NCBI GenBank assembly: GCA_963718525.1
Contig: OY970355.1
Span: 544,001 to 608,000 of the forward strand
Length of the DNA: 64,000 nucleotides
Direction of reading: 5' to 3'
DNA from: Candidatus Dormiibacterota bacterium
Lineage (GTDB): Bacteria > Chloroflexota > Dormibacteria > Aeolococcales > Aeolococcaceae
The position numbers and the translations under genes were made by a program. Positions 29,501 through 37,838 of the stretch are shown here, in pieces. The first letter of the stretch is position 1. Each line of letters starts with the position of its first letter. The notes under the pieces are model-generated. The model did no database searches and was not told where the DNA came from. It saw nothing but the letters and a program-made list of their open reading frames with translations.

Positions 29501-31352
29501 CGCTCCCGCGAGCGGCACACCGTCCGGCTCCGCCAGCTTCATGGACGGTGCAACCACTATCAGCGGCTGCATCGCGCAGCCGTTGATCGGTGGCGTCGCG
29601 ACGTGCAGCGTCGCGTATTCCGGAGTCGGGAGCCACTCGGTCACAGCCGTCTACAGCGGTGACCCTGATTTCACGGGGTCGACGTCGCCAGTCCTCACAC
29701 AGATGGTCACTCCGGCATCGACGTCGACATCACTCACGTCCTCGGTGGATCCGTCGGTCACCGGGCAGTCGGTCACCGTCATTGAGACGGTGACCGTGTT
29801 GGCACCCGGATCCGGAGTACCGACCGGCACGGTGGCGTTCCTGGACGACGGCACCTCCATCGTCGGATGCGCAGCGCAGCCTGTGACCGCTGCCGGCATC
29901 GCGGTGTGCGACGACGCATTTGCTGCGGCCGGCGCGGAAACCGTCACTGCCGTCTACAGCGGTGACGCCGACTTCAGCAGCTCGACGAGCGCTGCGATGA
30001 CCCAGACGATCAATCCGGGTGCAACCGCGACGGTGGCCGCATCGTCGGTGGACCCATCGGTGTCCGGGGAGGGGCTCTCGTACATCGTCACCGTGACAGC
30101 CGTCATGCCCGCCGCCGGCACTCCCACTGGGAGCGTCGCGTTCTTCGACGGCGCGTCCACAGTCGCGGGATGCGGCGCGCAACCACTGGTCGGCGGGACA
30201 GCGTCGTGCAACGTGACCTACGCAGGTGTCAGCACCCACACGATCACCGCCATGTACAGCGGTGATCCCAACTTCATCGGATCAACGTCCGCCATCGCCA
30301 CGCAGACCGTCAACCCGGCGTCGACCTCGACATCGCTCGCATCCTCGGTGAACCCGTCGGTCACAGGGCAGCCAGTCACGATCACGGCGACGGTGAGTGT
30401 GAACGTCCCGGGTTCCGGCGCACCCACCGGCAACGTCTCCTTCGAGGATAACGGCATCACCATCGCGGGATGCGCCGGCGAACCGGTGATCGGCACCGGC
30501 ATGACAACATGCGCCGACGCATTCGTTGCAGGTGCGGATGCGATCACCGCCGTCTACAGCGGTGATCCCAACTTCATGGGGTCGACGTCTCCCATCCTCA
30601 CGCAGACAATCAACCAGGGCGCGACGGTGGCGGTGGTCGCCTCGTCGGCGAATCCGTCGGTGGCTGGCACGGGCGTTTCCTACACCGCCACCGTGTCCGC
30701 CGTCGCGCCCGCCAGCGGGATCCCCACCGGCACGGTCGCGTTCCTGGACGGCGCATCGACCATCCCCGGGTGCGCGACGCAAGCACTGGTCGCTGGAATG
30801 GCGTCGTGCTCCGCGACCTACGCGGTCGCCGGCAGCCACGCGATCACCGCCGTCTACAGCGGTGACACCAACTTCGCCTTCTCGTCATCGTCGGCGCTGA
30901 ACCAGAACATCGAGCTTGCTGACTCCGCAACGACCGTGACGTCGCCAGACAGCGTCTGGGCGGCCGGTCAACCCGGCGTCTTCAAGGCGACGGTGTCCCC
31001 CGTCGCGGCGGCACATGTTACCCCGAGCGGGACCGCTGCATTCATGGACGCCGGCGCCCCCATACCCGGATGCGCTGCACAGCCGGTTGTGGCGGGGAAC
31101 GCATCGTGCAGCGTTGCGTTCACAGGTATCGGCACCTACCCCATCACGGCTGTCTACAGCGGTGACGCAGCCCTCACCGGTTCCACGTCGCCACCACTGA
31201 TGCTGTCGGTGTACGACGATCCGCCCGCGCCGGACGCCGGAGCGGCAACGCAGTCGACGTCCTGGGGGTATCTCGCCATCCTCGGCGGAGTCTTCCTGGT
31301 GTTCCTCATGGGATGTGCGCGACTCCGGCGCAGGGACGGCGACCGCGACTGA
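26562..31352 (+). CDS. Giant secreted protein of 15 Ig-like (Big_3) repeats with C-terminal APDAG-TM-basic anchor
   Basis: Signal peptide; 15 repeats of about 100 aa (NPSV.GQ.VT..ATV...PTGTV.F.DG...I.GC...A.C...H.ITAVYSGD); C-terminal PPAPDAGA, TM helix, RLRRR. Confidence 0.9.
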   Translation: MRGRVVPGPAASGGRRVRSVVPTRHRGTRAVRQIGATLTAGALSLFSGGIIGHALSVSTTTLTSPTNPSVWGQPVVFTATITPVAPAPTGTVTFQDGGSNIAGCVNRPVAARVATCTTAALSVGSHIVTAVYGGNATYSTSTSAPLTQVVGTGSTTTVVAASVNPSVSGQTVTYTTTVSAVAPASGKRTGTVAFLDGGVVIAGCGAKAVTAAGTATCVIAYPGPGTHTITAIYSGDANFTGSTSTALSQTVNSGTTGVVLSSSANPSSTGANVTLTANVTATAPASGTRTGTVEFQVGGVDIAGCGAQVVPASGKATCVTNTLTVGANTITAIYSGDANFAASTSAPFTQTVNQGATTTTVKSSLNPSITGVTVTFTATVTAIAPASGTRTGTITFEDSGVAVAGCAAQILGLAGTATCATNALAAGVHTITAVYSGDGNFTASTSAPLTQTVVSTTTTTVVSSANPSVFGQSIQYTATVVGGPIVTGTITFRDGGGNIAGCVAVAMIAGSASCAVSPALGSRKITAVYSGDASNAASTSAVMTQVVTADPTTTVVTATVNPTVFGQPVTFTATVTADAPGSGTPTGKVAFDNGAAAIAGCGGVMLIAGVASCTTNALAVGLHSISGHYNGSANDVTSTSPVLTETVNLGSTTTVVGSSLNPSVSGQSVTYTATVTVTAPAAGIPVGTVDFEDGGVTIAGCAATALSAAGTAACSFAYAGSGPHAITAIYSGGIDFAGSGSPMLTQIVNPASTSTTVASSVNPSVAGQSMTITASVSVIAPGTGRPTGTVIFQDGGVTITGCAAEAVSAAGTASCAVSFATVDAHPIAAVYSGNSNFSGSTSPILTETVNQGATVTVVTSSVDPSVSGQTVIYTAIVTATAPAAGTPSGTLTFMDGATTISGCIAQAMVGGVAPCTIVYAGVGVHAITAVYNGDPNFTTSTSPVLTQSVNQGATSALVTSAADPSVSGQAVTYMVTVTAVAPASGTPSGSASFMDGATTISGCIAQPLIGGVATCSVAYSGVGSHSVTAVYSGDPDFTGSTSPVLTQMVTPASTSTSLTSSVDPSVTGQSVTVIETVTVLAPGSGVPTGTVAFLDDGTSIVGCAAQPVTAAGIAVCDDAFAAAGAETVTAVYSGDADFSSSTSAAMTQTINPGATATVAASSVDPSVSGEGLSYIVTVTAVMPAAGTPTGSVAFFDGASTVAGCGAQPLVGGTASCNVTYAGVSTHTITAMYSGDPNFIGSTSAIATQTVNPASTSTSLASSVNPSVTGQPVTITATVSVNVPGSGAPTGNVSFEDNGITIAGCAGEPVIGTGMTTCADAFVAGADAITAVYSGDPNFMGSTSPILTQTINQGATVAVVASSANPSVAGTGVSYTATVSAVAPASGIPTGTVAFLDGASTIPGCATQALVAGMASCSATYAVAGSHAITAVYSGDTNFAFSSSSALNQNIELADSATTVTSPDSVWAAGQPGVFKATVSPVAAAHVTPSGTAAFMDAGAPIPGCAAQPVVAGNASCSVAFTGIGTYPITAVYSGDAALTGSTSPPLMLSVYDDPPAPDAGAATQSTSWGYLAILGGVFLVFLMGCARLRRRDGDRD

Positions 31353-31364
31353 GTTCGCGCGAGG

Positions 31365-32645
31365 TCAGGGATAGATGCCGCGGTCGGTCGTTGCCTCTGC
31401 AACCCGTTCAATGGCGAGGAGGTATGCGCCCTGCCGAAGCGAGACGCCGCGCTGCTGCGACCGGTCCCATACTTCGGTGAACGCCCGGTGCATGATCTTC
31501 TCGAGACGAGCGTTGATCTCGTCCTCGTCCCAGAAGAACGACTGCAGATCCTGCACCCACTCGAAATAGGAGACCGTGACGCCACCAGCGTTGGCGAGAA
31601 TATCGGGCACGACGGTGATGCCGCGCTGCTCGAGCAGGACGTCCGCGTCGGGAGTGATCGGACCATTGGCCGCCTCGAGGATGAGCCTCGCCTGGATGCG
31701 CCCAGCGTTCTCGCTCGTGACCTGGTTCTCGAGTGCAGCGGGCACGAGCAGATCGCAGGGCACTTCGAGGACCTCAGCCGCGGAGATCGCGCTCGCTCCG
31801 GGAAAGCCGGTGACGCTGCCCGTCGATTTCTTGTGCGCGATCAGGCGCTCGACATCGAGGCCGCCGGCACGATGGATTGCGCCGGTACTGTCAGAAACCG
31901 CCACGATCGTGAACCCCTGCGCAGCCATGAGCTGTGCAGCGATCGACCCCGCGTTGCCGAGCCCCTGGATGGCCACCGTCGAGCCGTTGGGGTCGATACC
32001 AAATCGCTTGCAAGCCTCGAGTGCGACGAACATCACGCCACGGCCCGTCGCCGCGTTGCGTCCCTGGCTGCCGCCCACGGAGAGTGGCTTGCCGGTGACC
32101 ACGGCGGGAACGGAGAACCCCTGTTCCATCGAGATGGTGTCCATGATCCAGGCCATGATCTTGGGTGACGTGTTGACGTCCGGAGCGGGGATGTCGTACT
32201 CGGGGCCGATGATGACGCTGATCTCGGTGGCATAGCGCCGGGTCATCCGCTCGAGTTCGCCCTCGCTCAGGTGTTTGGGGTCGACGACGATGCCGCCTTT
32301 GGCGCCGCCGAACGGCAGCCCTGCGATGGCGCACTTCCACGTCATCCACATCGCCAGGGCCTTGACTTCGTCGAGCGTGACCCCTTGGTGGTAGCGAATG
32401 CCGCCCTTGGCCGGCCCCCGGGCCATGTTGTGCTGGACGCGGTATCCCTCGAAAACGCGCACTGAGCCGTCATCCATCTTCACGGGGAAGCTGACGATGA
32501 GCTGACGTTTCACCTCGCGGAGCACGGCGCGGAGCCCCGATTCGAGGTGGCTCAACTCCGCAGCTTGATCGAACTGCCGCTGGGCGTTATGCCATGGGTT
32601 TTCTGCGGACGCGCTGATATCAGGCGCGGTTGCGATCGCGTTCAC
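31365..32645 (-). CDS. gdhA: Glu/Leu/Phe/Val dehydrogenase (NAD(P)-dependent glutamate dehydrogenase)
   Basis: RGPAKGGIRY, MTWKCA, GGAKGG, DIPAPDV, GLGNAG, ILANAGGVTVSYFEW. Confidence 0.93.
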   Translation of the reverse strand: MNAIATAPDISASAENPWHNAQRQFDQAAELSHLESGLRAVLREVKRQLIVSFPVKMDDGSVRVFEGYRVQHNMARGPAKGGIRYHQGVTLDEVKALAMWMTWKCAIAGLPFGGAKGGIVVDPKHLSEGELERMTRRYATEISVIIGPEYDIPAPDVNTSPKIMAWIMDTISMEQGFSVPAVVTGKPLSVGGSQGRNAATGRGVMFVALEACKRFGIDPNGSTVAIQGLGNAGSIAAQLMAAQGFTIVAVSDSTGAIHRAGGLDVERLIAHKKSTGSVTGFPGASAISAAEVLEVPCDLLVPAALENQVTSENAGRIQARLILEAANGPITPDADVLLEQRGITVVPDILANAGGVTVSYFEWVQDLQSFFWDEDEINARLEKIMHRAFTEVWDRSQQRGVSLRQGAYLLAIERVAEATTDRGIYP

Positions 32646-32768
32646 CTGGACACCTCAGCGAGCCGGCGGCGCCGTCGTCACAGTTCGGCTCGCCGCCTCT
32701 GAGCCTACCGCTTCGCCACGGTCTCCCGCGACGTGCCCGGTCACGGCCGGTCTGCATGCCGGGCGCGA

Positions 32769-33194
32769 CTACGGATCGTGCGGGTGTCGGGAAGCCGCCT
32801 GCCTCCGTGCGTGTTCCAGGAGGGTGCTTCTCGGCGGGTTGAAGACATCGATCTCGCGACACGAGGTGCCGTGCGTGCGCGCAGCGTGAGGCACCCAGCT
32901 GGGGACGACCGCGACATCACCCTCGCGCATGACGCGAAGGTCGCCATCGATGTCGAACTCGAACTCGCCGGCGATGACGAGGACGATCTGTTCCTCCTCG
33001 TGGACGTGCATCGGGGCCTCGGTGTTCGGCTCGAATGAGACGAAGTTGACCATGGTGCGCTCGCCGAGGACCGGTCGAAAGCTGAGGCCGGGGAGGAACT
33101 CGACGGATTCAATCGAATCGACATCGACGAAACGTCCCGGTGCGGTCGGCGTCCCGTCCGAACGTGTCGTGAAGTGTTGTTCAGCCTCGGTCAT
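32769..33194 (-). CDS. Cupin-domain protein
   Basis: PMHVHEEEQ...GD...VPSWVPHA, IDVFNPPR. Confidence 0.88.
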   Translation of the reverse strand: MTEAEQHFTTRSDGTPTAPGRFVDVDSIESVEFLPGLSFRPVLGERTMVNFVSFEPNTEAPMHVHEEEQIVLVIAGEFEFDIDGDLRVMREGDVAVVPSWVPHAARTHGTSCREIDVFNPPRSTLLEHARRQAASRHPHDP

Positions 33195-33279
33195 TCGACT
33201 TCCAGAGAGGTTCGCAGGCGCATGTGCAACGTTTGCGATCGAACGGGCACATGCTAGCTCATAGGATTGATGCCATGGC

Positions 33280-34464
33280 TCAGTCGGAGTGGCGGACCAT
33301 GGGCGCGAGGACAGCGATCAGACCGCAGCACACAACCACCGCGATCAAGGCCCGCGCGAGCGTGAATGCCTGTGCTGCAAACCCAATCAATGGAGGTCCG
33401 GCGAGAAGCCCTGCATAGCCCGCGGACGCGACGGCGGCAATAGCCACCCGGGGCGCGAGGGATCTCGATCGACCTGCGGCACTGAAGAGCGTTGGAACCA
33501 CGTTGGCAAGACCGAGACCAACCAAACCGAATCCGGCGATAGCGAGGGCTGGGCGGCCGAGAAGCAACGTTGCGGTCAAACCCAGAGCGGCCAGGGCGCC
33601 CCCGCCGCGCAAGATCAAAGCGGCGCCCAGACGGCTCGTCAGCCAGTCGCCGCTCAGGCGTCCTATGGCCATTGCAACCGAGAACGCCGCGAATGCAGTC
33701 GCTGAGAACGCCGCATCGGCCCCGAGTGACTTGTGCAGGTACAGGGCACTCCAATCGCCGCTGGCTCCCTCTGCCAGAAGGCTGCAGAAGGCCATGATGC
33801 CGAGCGCCGCCATCGGCCAGGAAAGCAGCCTTCCAGGGTGCACGCGTCCCGTGGGCAGCCGGCCCCTGGTATGCGGCTCTGCGGTCGGAAGCCACTGTTG
33901 GCCGGTGATTGCGGCGGTACCAAGAAGCAGCGCGGGCCAGAGCGCGCGGTTGAACGATGCTACGTGTGCAACCGCCAGAGCTCCGCTGACGAGCGCGCCG
34001 GCAAACCCACCGATGCTGTAGAAGGCGTGGAAGGTCGACATGAGTGGTCTTTGATACGAGGCTTCGACGAATGCGCCCTGTATGTTCATCGCGACGTCCA
34101 TTGTTGCGAGGGCTCCGCCAAAGACGACCAAGGTCAATGTCAGCACCGGTAGCGTCGGCGCCAATACGAGGAGCGGCAACACGACGCAGGACACGATCGC
34201 AGCAAGCGTCACAACCCTTCGGCCGCCCGCTCGCCCGACCAGCCAGCTGGTTGACGGCGTGGCGACCACTGCGCCGACCGCCACGCCGAGCAGTGCGATG
34301 CCGAGCTCGCCGGCACTTAGAGCGAGCTTCTGCTGCACCGCGGGTATCAGCGGTACCCATGTTGCCAGAACCGCACCGTTGACAAAGAACATGATCAGGA
34401 CCGCACCGCGCGCGGATCGCGGCCGGGTCCGAAATTCTCCAGCCGTCGCGCTCCCGGGCGTCAC
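33280..34464 (-). CDS. MFS transporter
   Basis: About 12 TM helices; DVAMN, LAEGASGDWSALY, GRLSGD. Confidence 0.9.
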   Translation of the reverse strand: MTPGSATAGEFRTRPRSARGAVLIMFFVNGAVLATWVPLIPAVQQKLALSAGELGIALLGVAVGAVVATPSTSWLVGRAGGRRVVTLAAIVSCVVLPLLVLAPTLPVLTLTLVVFGGALATMDVAMNIQGAFVEASYQRPLMSTFHAFYSIGGFAGALVSGALAVAHVASFNRALWPALLLGTAAITGQQWLPTAEPHTRGRLPTGRVHPGRLLSWPMAALGIMAFCSLLAEGASGDWSALYLHKSLGADAAFSATAFAAFSVAMAIGRLSGDWLTSRLGAALILRGGGALAALGLTATLLLGRPALAIAGFGLVGLGLANVVPTLFSAAGRSRSLAPRVAIAAVASAGYAGLLAGPPLIGFAAQAFTLARALIAVVVCCGLIAVLAPMVRHSD

Positions 34465-34492
34465 CCCTGACGTACTGGCAATGCTGAATTGG

Positions 34493-36616
34493 TCACAACA
34501 GGTCGGTGATCAGCTGCGCCGCATGCGAGGCGCCGTCCGTCTCGACCGCAACGTAGTCCACCCGGCGACCGACCTCGTGGGCGATCGCCTCGGCAATCGA
34601 CGCGCTGGTCTCCTGTTCGTAGTTCATGCAGCGCCCGGCGCCGTACCGCTGCAGCCGATGGTGCACGTGGAAGCTCTGCTCGAAGTGATGACGAAGCGGA
34701 AAATAGATGAACGGCCGCCGGCTCGCTGCGAGCTCCATGCACGTCGTGAGGCCGCCCTGCACAACTGCCAAGTCGCAGACTGCAAGGTGGCGGTAGAGCT
34801 CATGCACATATGAGCGCACCTCCACACCCTCAGGCGCGGGAAGGGTTGCCGGATCGATCCGTGGACCGGCGACGACGACCATGCGCAGGTTCGGCACGAG
34901 CTGCTTGGCAGCCGGGTAGGCGTCGACGACCTTGCGGAGCAGGCTGAGCCCGACACCGGATCCTCCCACGGTGACGATGCATATCCGCTCGCCCGGTCCA
35001 TACCCGAGCTCGGCACGAATCCGTTCTCTGTCAGCGAATCGGGCGGGATCGAACCCCGTGACGTATCCGGCGAAATCGAAATGCGTATTCGTCCACTCAC
35101 GGATCGAAGGGAGGCCAGCGCCGAACGTATCGGGCACGATGTCAGCAGCGTTCCCCACGAAGATGGCCCGGTCGCGCACCCGGGGATAGCGAGCAATCTG
35201 CTCGATCATCTCGGCGTTGTAGTCGGCGGTGAGAGCGCTTTCTGAAGCGCCGCCGTCCGGCATGGGCAGGAAGCCAACGAAATCGGTGAGCCAGACGTAG
35301 GCAGCACGTTTCTCCTCCGGGTTCTCGTGCAGATAGTAGTCGAGCTCCCAGGCCTCGTCGCCGATCCACAGGTCGTACGGCTGGTCGCGAACGATGTCGT
35401 GGAACACCATGAAGTTGGCGAGAAGAATCTCGTCCATGCGTCGCAAGGCCTGGAAGCACTGCAGGTCGTGCTCGGCCAACTCGCTCTCGATGTGATGCAA
35501 CTCGTTGGCAAGCTCCGCGCTCGCCGGATGGATGCGCTCCCCCCGGGCCTGTAGAACGGTCGTGACCGGGTGCTGGGCCAGCCAGTCGATCTCGAGGTCG
35601 GGATGGAGCCGGCGCAGCTCGTCGGCGATCGCGATGTCGCGCTGCGCGTGACCGAGGCCGATGGGGGACGAGATGTATAACGCGCGCTTACGGCGTCGCG
35701 TGGCGCTCGACCATTGAGCAGCGGGTTTCGGAGGACAGGCAAAATCGCGGATCAGCGCGTTCACCTTGACCGGCTGACGCGCCGGGGGGCCGTGCCCCGC
35801 ACCCTCGAGACTGACGAGGGTCGCGCCCATGAGCTCGGCGAGCGCTGCCCCGGAGTCATGCGAACGTATGGCGTCGTCGGTCCCGTGAACGACGAGCACG
35901 GGGCAGTGGATGCGCTCGACGAGCCTGCGGAGCGTTGGCTCGTCGACCTCCGGGCCAGCCGCGGTGGCGATGAGCGTTTCCGGCGTGGTCTCCTTCCCCC
36001 AGCCCACCGCGTCTTCGATCTGCTTGGTCGAGTGCGGATCCGTGAACACCTGCGAAAAGAAGAAGGAGAGGAAGTCCTCGTAGTTCTGCATCCAGTAATG
36101 CCGATTGAACTTGAACCATCCCTCGTAGGGAGGCCGCAGCTCGTCAAATGCCGCCATCGCCTCAGCGCGGCTGAGCTGCGCGCCGATCGGTACTGCGGGG
36201 CCAATGAGGACGATGCCGCTGACGCGCGCCGGCTCCTCCGCGGCCAGCACCACGGCACGCTGAGCTCCCACTGACCAGGCAACCAGGATTGCGCTGTCGG
36301 TCTCCGTCGCGTCGAGCACAGCAAGCGCGTCGGCGGCGTACTCGGTTTCAGCGTATGCCTCAGGCTCGGGTGGGCGGTCGGACAGGCCGTTGCCACGACC
36401 ATCGAAGGTCACCACGCGGCAGTGTCGCGAGAGATACGGAATCTGCATCTTCCAGCAGCGCGAGTGAACGATCGACCACGCAGGAAGCAGAAGGATGGTC
36501 GGCGCGCCGTTGCCATACACCTCGTAGAAGGTGCGGACGCCGGCGCGCTCGACGTACCCCTCCGAGTCGGGATAGCGCGCCCGGCTTTGTTCCGGGCGCG
36601 CTCCCCTAATCGTCAA
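34493..36616 (-). CDS. Fusion of an alpha/beta hydrolase and a GT-B glycosyltransferase (GT28/MurG-like C-terminus)
   Basis: N-terminus: TFDGRGNGLSD, AWSVG nucleophile elbow, HGTDD, GAGH. C-terminus: SSPIGLGHAQRD, VTVGGSGVG, DLAVVQGGLTT, HFEQ. Confidence 0.85.
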   Translation of the reverse strand: MTIRGARPEQSRARYPDSEGYVERAGVRTFYEVYGNGAPTILLLPAWSIVHSRCWKMQIPYLSRHCRVVTFDGRGNGLSDRPPEPEAYAETEYAADALAVLDATETDSAILVAWSVGAQRAVVLAAEEPARVSGIVLIGPAVPIGAQLSRAEAMAAFDELRPPYEGWFKFNRHYWMQNYEDFLSFFFSQVFTDPHSTKQIEDAVGWGKETTPETLIATAAGPEVDEPTLRRLVERIHCPVLVVHGTDDAIRSHDSGAALAELMGATLVSLEGAGHGPPARQPVKVNALIRDFACPPKPAAQWSSATRRRKRALYISSPIGLGHAQRDIAIADELRRLHPDLEIDWLAQHPVTTVLQARGERIHPASAELANELHHIESELAEHDLQCFQALRRMDEILLANFMVFHDIVRDQPYDLWIGDEAWELDYYLHENPEEKRAAYVWLTDFVGFLPMPDGGASESALTADYNAEMIEQIARYPRVRDRAIFVGNAADIVPDTFGAGLPSIREWTNTHFDFAGYVTGFDPARFADRERIRAELGYGPGERICIVTVGGSGVGLSLLRKVVDAYPAAKQLVPNLRMVVVAGPRIDPATLPAPEGVEVRSYVHELYRHLAVCDLAVVQGGLTTCMELAASRRPFIYFPLRHHFEQSFHVHHRLQRYGAGRCMNYEQETSASIAEAIAHEVGRRVDYVAVETDGASHAAQLITDLL

Positions 36617-36627
36617 CGTCTTCAGGT

Positions 36628-37707
36628 TCAGGGCCTCGCCTCATACACGATGTTGAACGGAGTCTCCGCTGCCCGACGGAAGCGTGTGAAGCCGCCCGCA
36701 CTGACGACGTCGCGGATACGCGCCTCGCCGGCCTGCGCACCGAGCGCCAGCCCGACCTCCTGCGACAGCGAGGCGGGGGTGCAGAGGAACGTCGAGAAGC
36801 TGTAGTAGGCGCGTCCGACCGGATTGAGATTGTCCTCAACACGGTCGCCGGCAGCGGGTTCGACGATCATCCATGTCCCGTCCGGCGCGATTGCCTCGCG
36901 CACGTGCCGGGCGGCGCCGACCGGGTCGCCCATGTCATGCAGGCAGTCGAACATGGTCACCAGATCGTAGTTGCCGCCGCTGAAGGTTGCAGCACTGGCC
37001 ACCTCGAACTTCGCCCGGCCACCGATCGCCGCGTCTGCCGCACGACGGCGCGCAACTTCGATCGACCCATCGTGATAGTCCGAGCCGGCGAAGGTCGAGT
37101 TCGGATACGCAGCCGCCATGAGGATGGTGGACGCGCCGTGGCCGCATCCCACGTCGGCGACGTGAGCGCCCCGCTCGAGCTTGCTCACAACGCCGTCGAG
37201 TGCTGGAAGCCAGCTCGAGATTAGGTTGGCGTTGTAGCCGGGGCGGAAGAAGCGCTCGCACCCATCGTGCACATCCGATACGTGGTCGTGCCAGCCGATA
37301 CCCTTGCCGGTGATAGCGGCGTCAACGATGCGCGGCGAGTCGTGGACCGTGCCCAGCGCGATCTGAAAGAACCCGGGCAGAAACGCCGGGCTGTCGGCGT
37401 CGGTGAGCGCCACTGCCTGCTCCGGCGGGAGGATGTAGCGGCCTGTCTCGGCCTGATACTCGACGTAGCCGCCCGCCGCCTGAGCGTTCAGCCACTCGCG
37501 CGTGTATCGCTCGGACACGTTGCAGCGTTCGGCCAACTCGGCCGGGGTCAGCGGTCCGGCGCCGGCCATCGCGCGGTAGAGGCCGAGGCGGTCTCCCATC
37601 ACGACCAGCGCCGTGTTGAGTGTCGCGCCGACCTCCTCAACCGCCCGAAAGACGAAGGCTTCGAGCTTAGCGGGGTCCAGGGCTACGGGTTCCAGGGTTT
37701 GTGTCAT
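36628..37707 (-). CDS. Class I SAM-dependent methyltransferase with N-terminal winged helix (Rv2258c-like)
   Basis: GDRLGLY, ERYTREWL, VADVGCGHG, DCLHDMGDP; AGGAGG RBS before ATG 37707. Confidence 0.9.
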   Translation of the reverse strand: MTQTLEPVALDPAKLEAFVFRAVEEVGATLNTALVVMGDRLGLYRAMAGAGPLTPAELAERCNVSERYTREWLNAQAAGGYVEYQAETGRYILPPEQAVALTDADSPAFLPGFFQIALGTVHDSPRIVDAAITGKGIGWHDHVSDVHDGCERFFRPGYNANLISSWLPALDGVVSKLERGAHVADVGCGHGASTILMAAAYPNSTFAGSDYHDGSIEVARRRAADAAIGGRAKFEVASAATFSGGNYDLVTMFDCLHDMGDPVGAARHVREAIAPDGTWMIVEPAAGDRVEDNLNPVGRAYYSFSTFLCTPASLSQEVGLALGAQAGEARIRDVVSAGGFTRFRRAAETPFNIVYEARP

Positions 37708-37771
37708 GCCGCGTCCTCCTAGTTGGATCAACTCGCGGCCGAGCCTATTCACGACCTGCAACCGATCGCGT

Positions 37772-37787
37772 CAGGGGGGACCCCTAG
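37772..37787. promoter_or_regulatory. Putative LuxR/LAL operator CAGGGGGGACCCCTAG
   Basis: 16-bp imperfect palindrome between the methyltransferase and the divergent LAL regulator; similar box at 50087-50102. Confidence 0.5.
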
Positions 37788-37838
37788 AAGATTCGTCAGC
37801 GTCTGACCTCCGCATCGGGGTCTCCATACAATCGCGGC

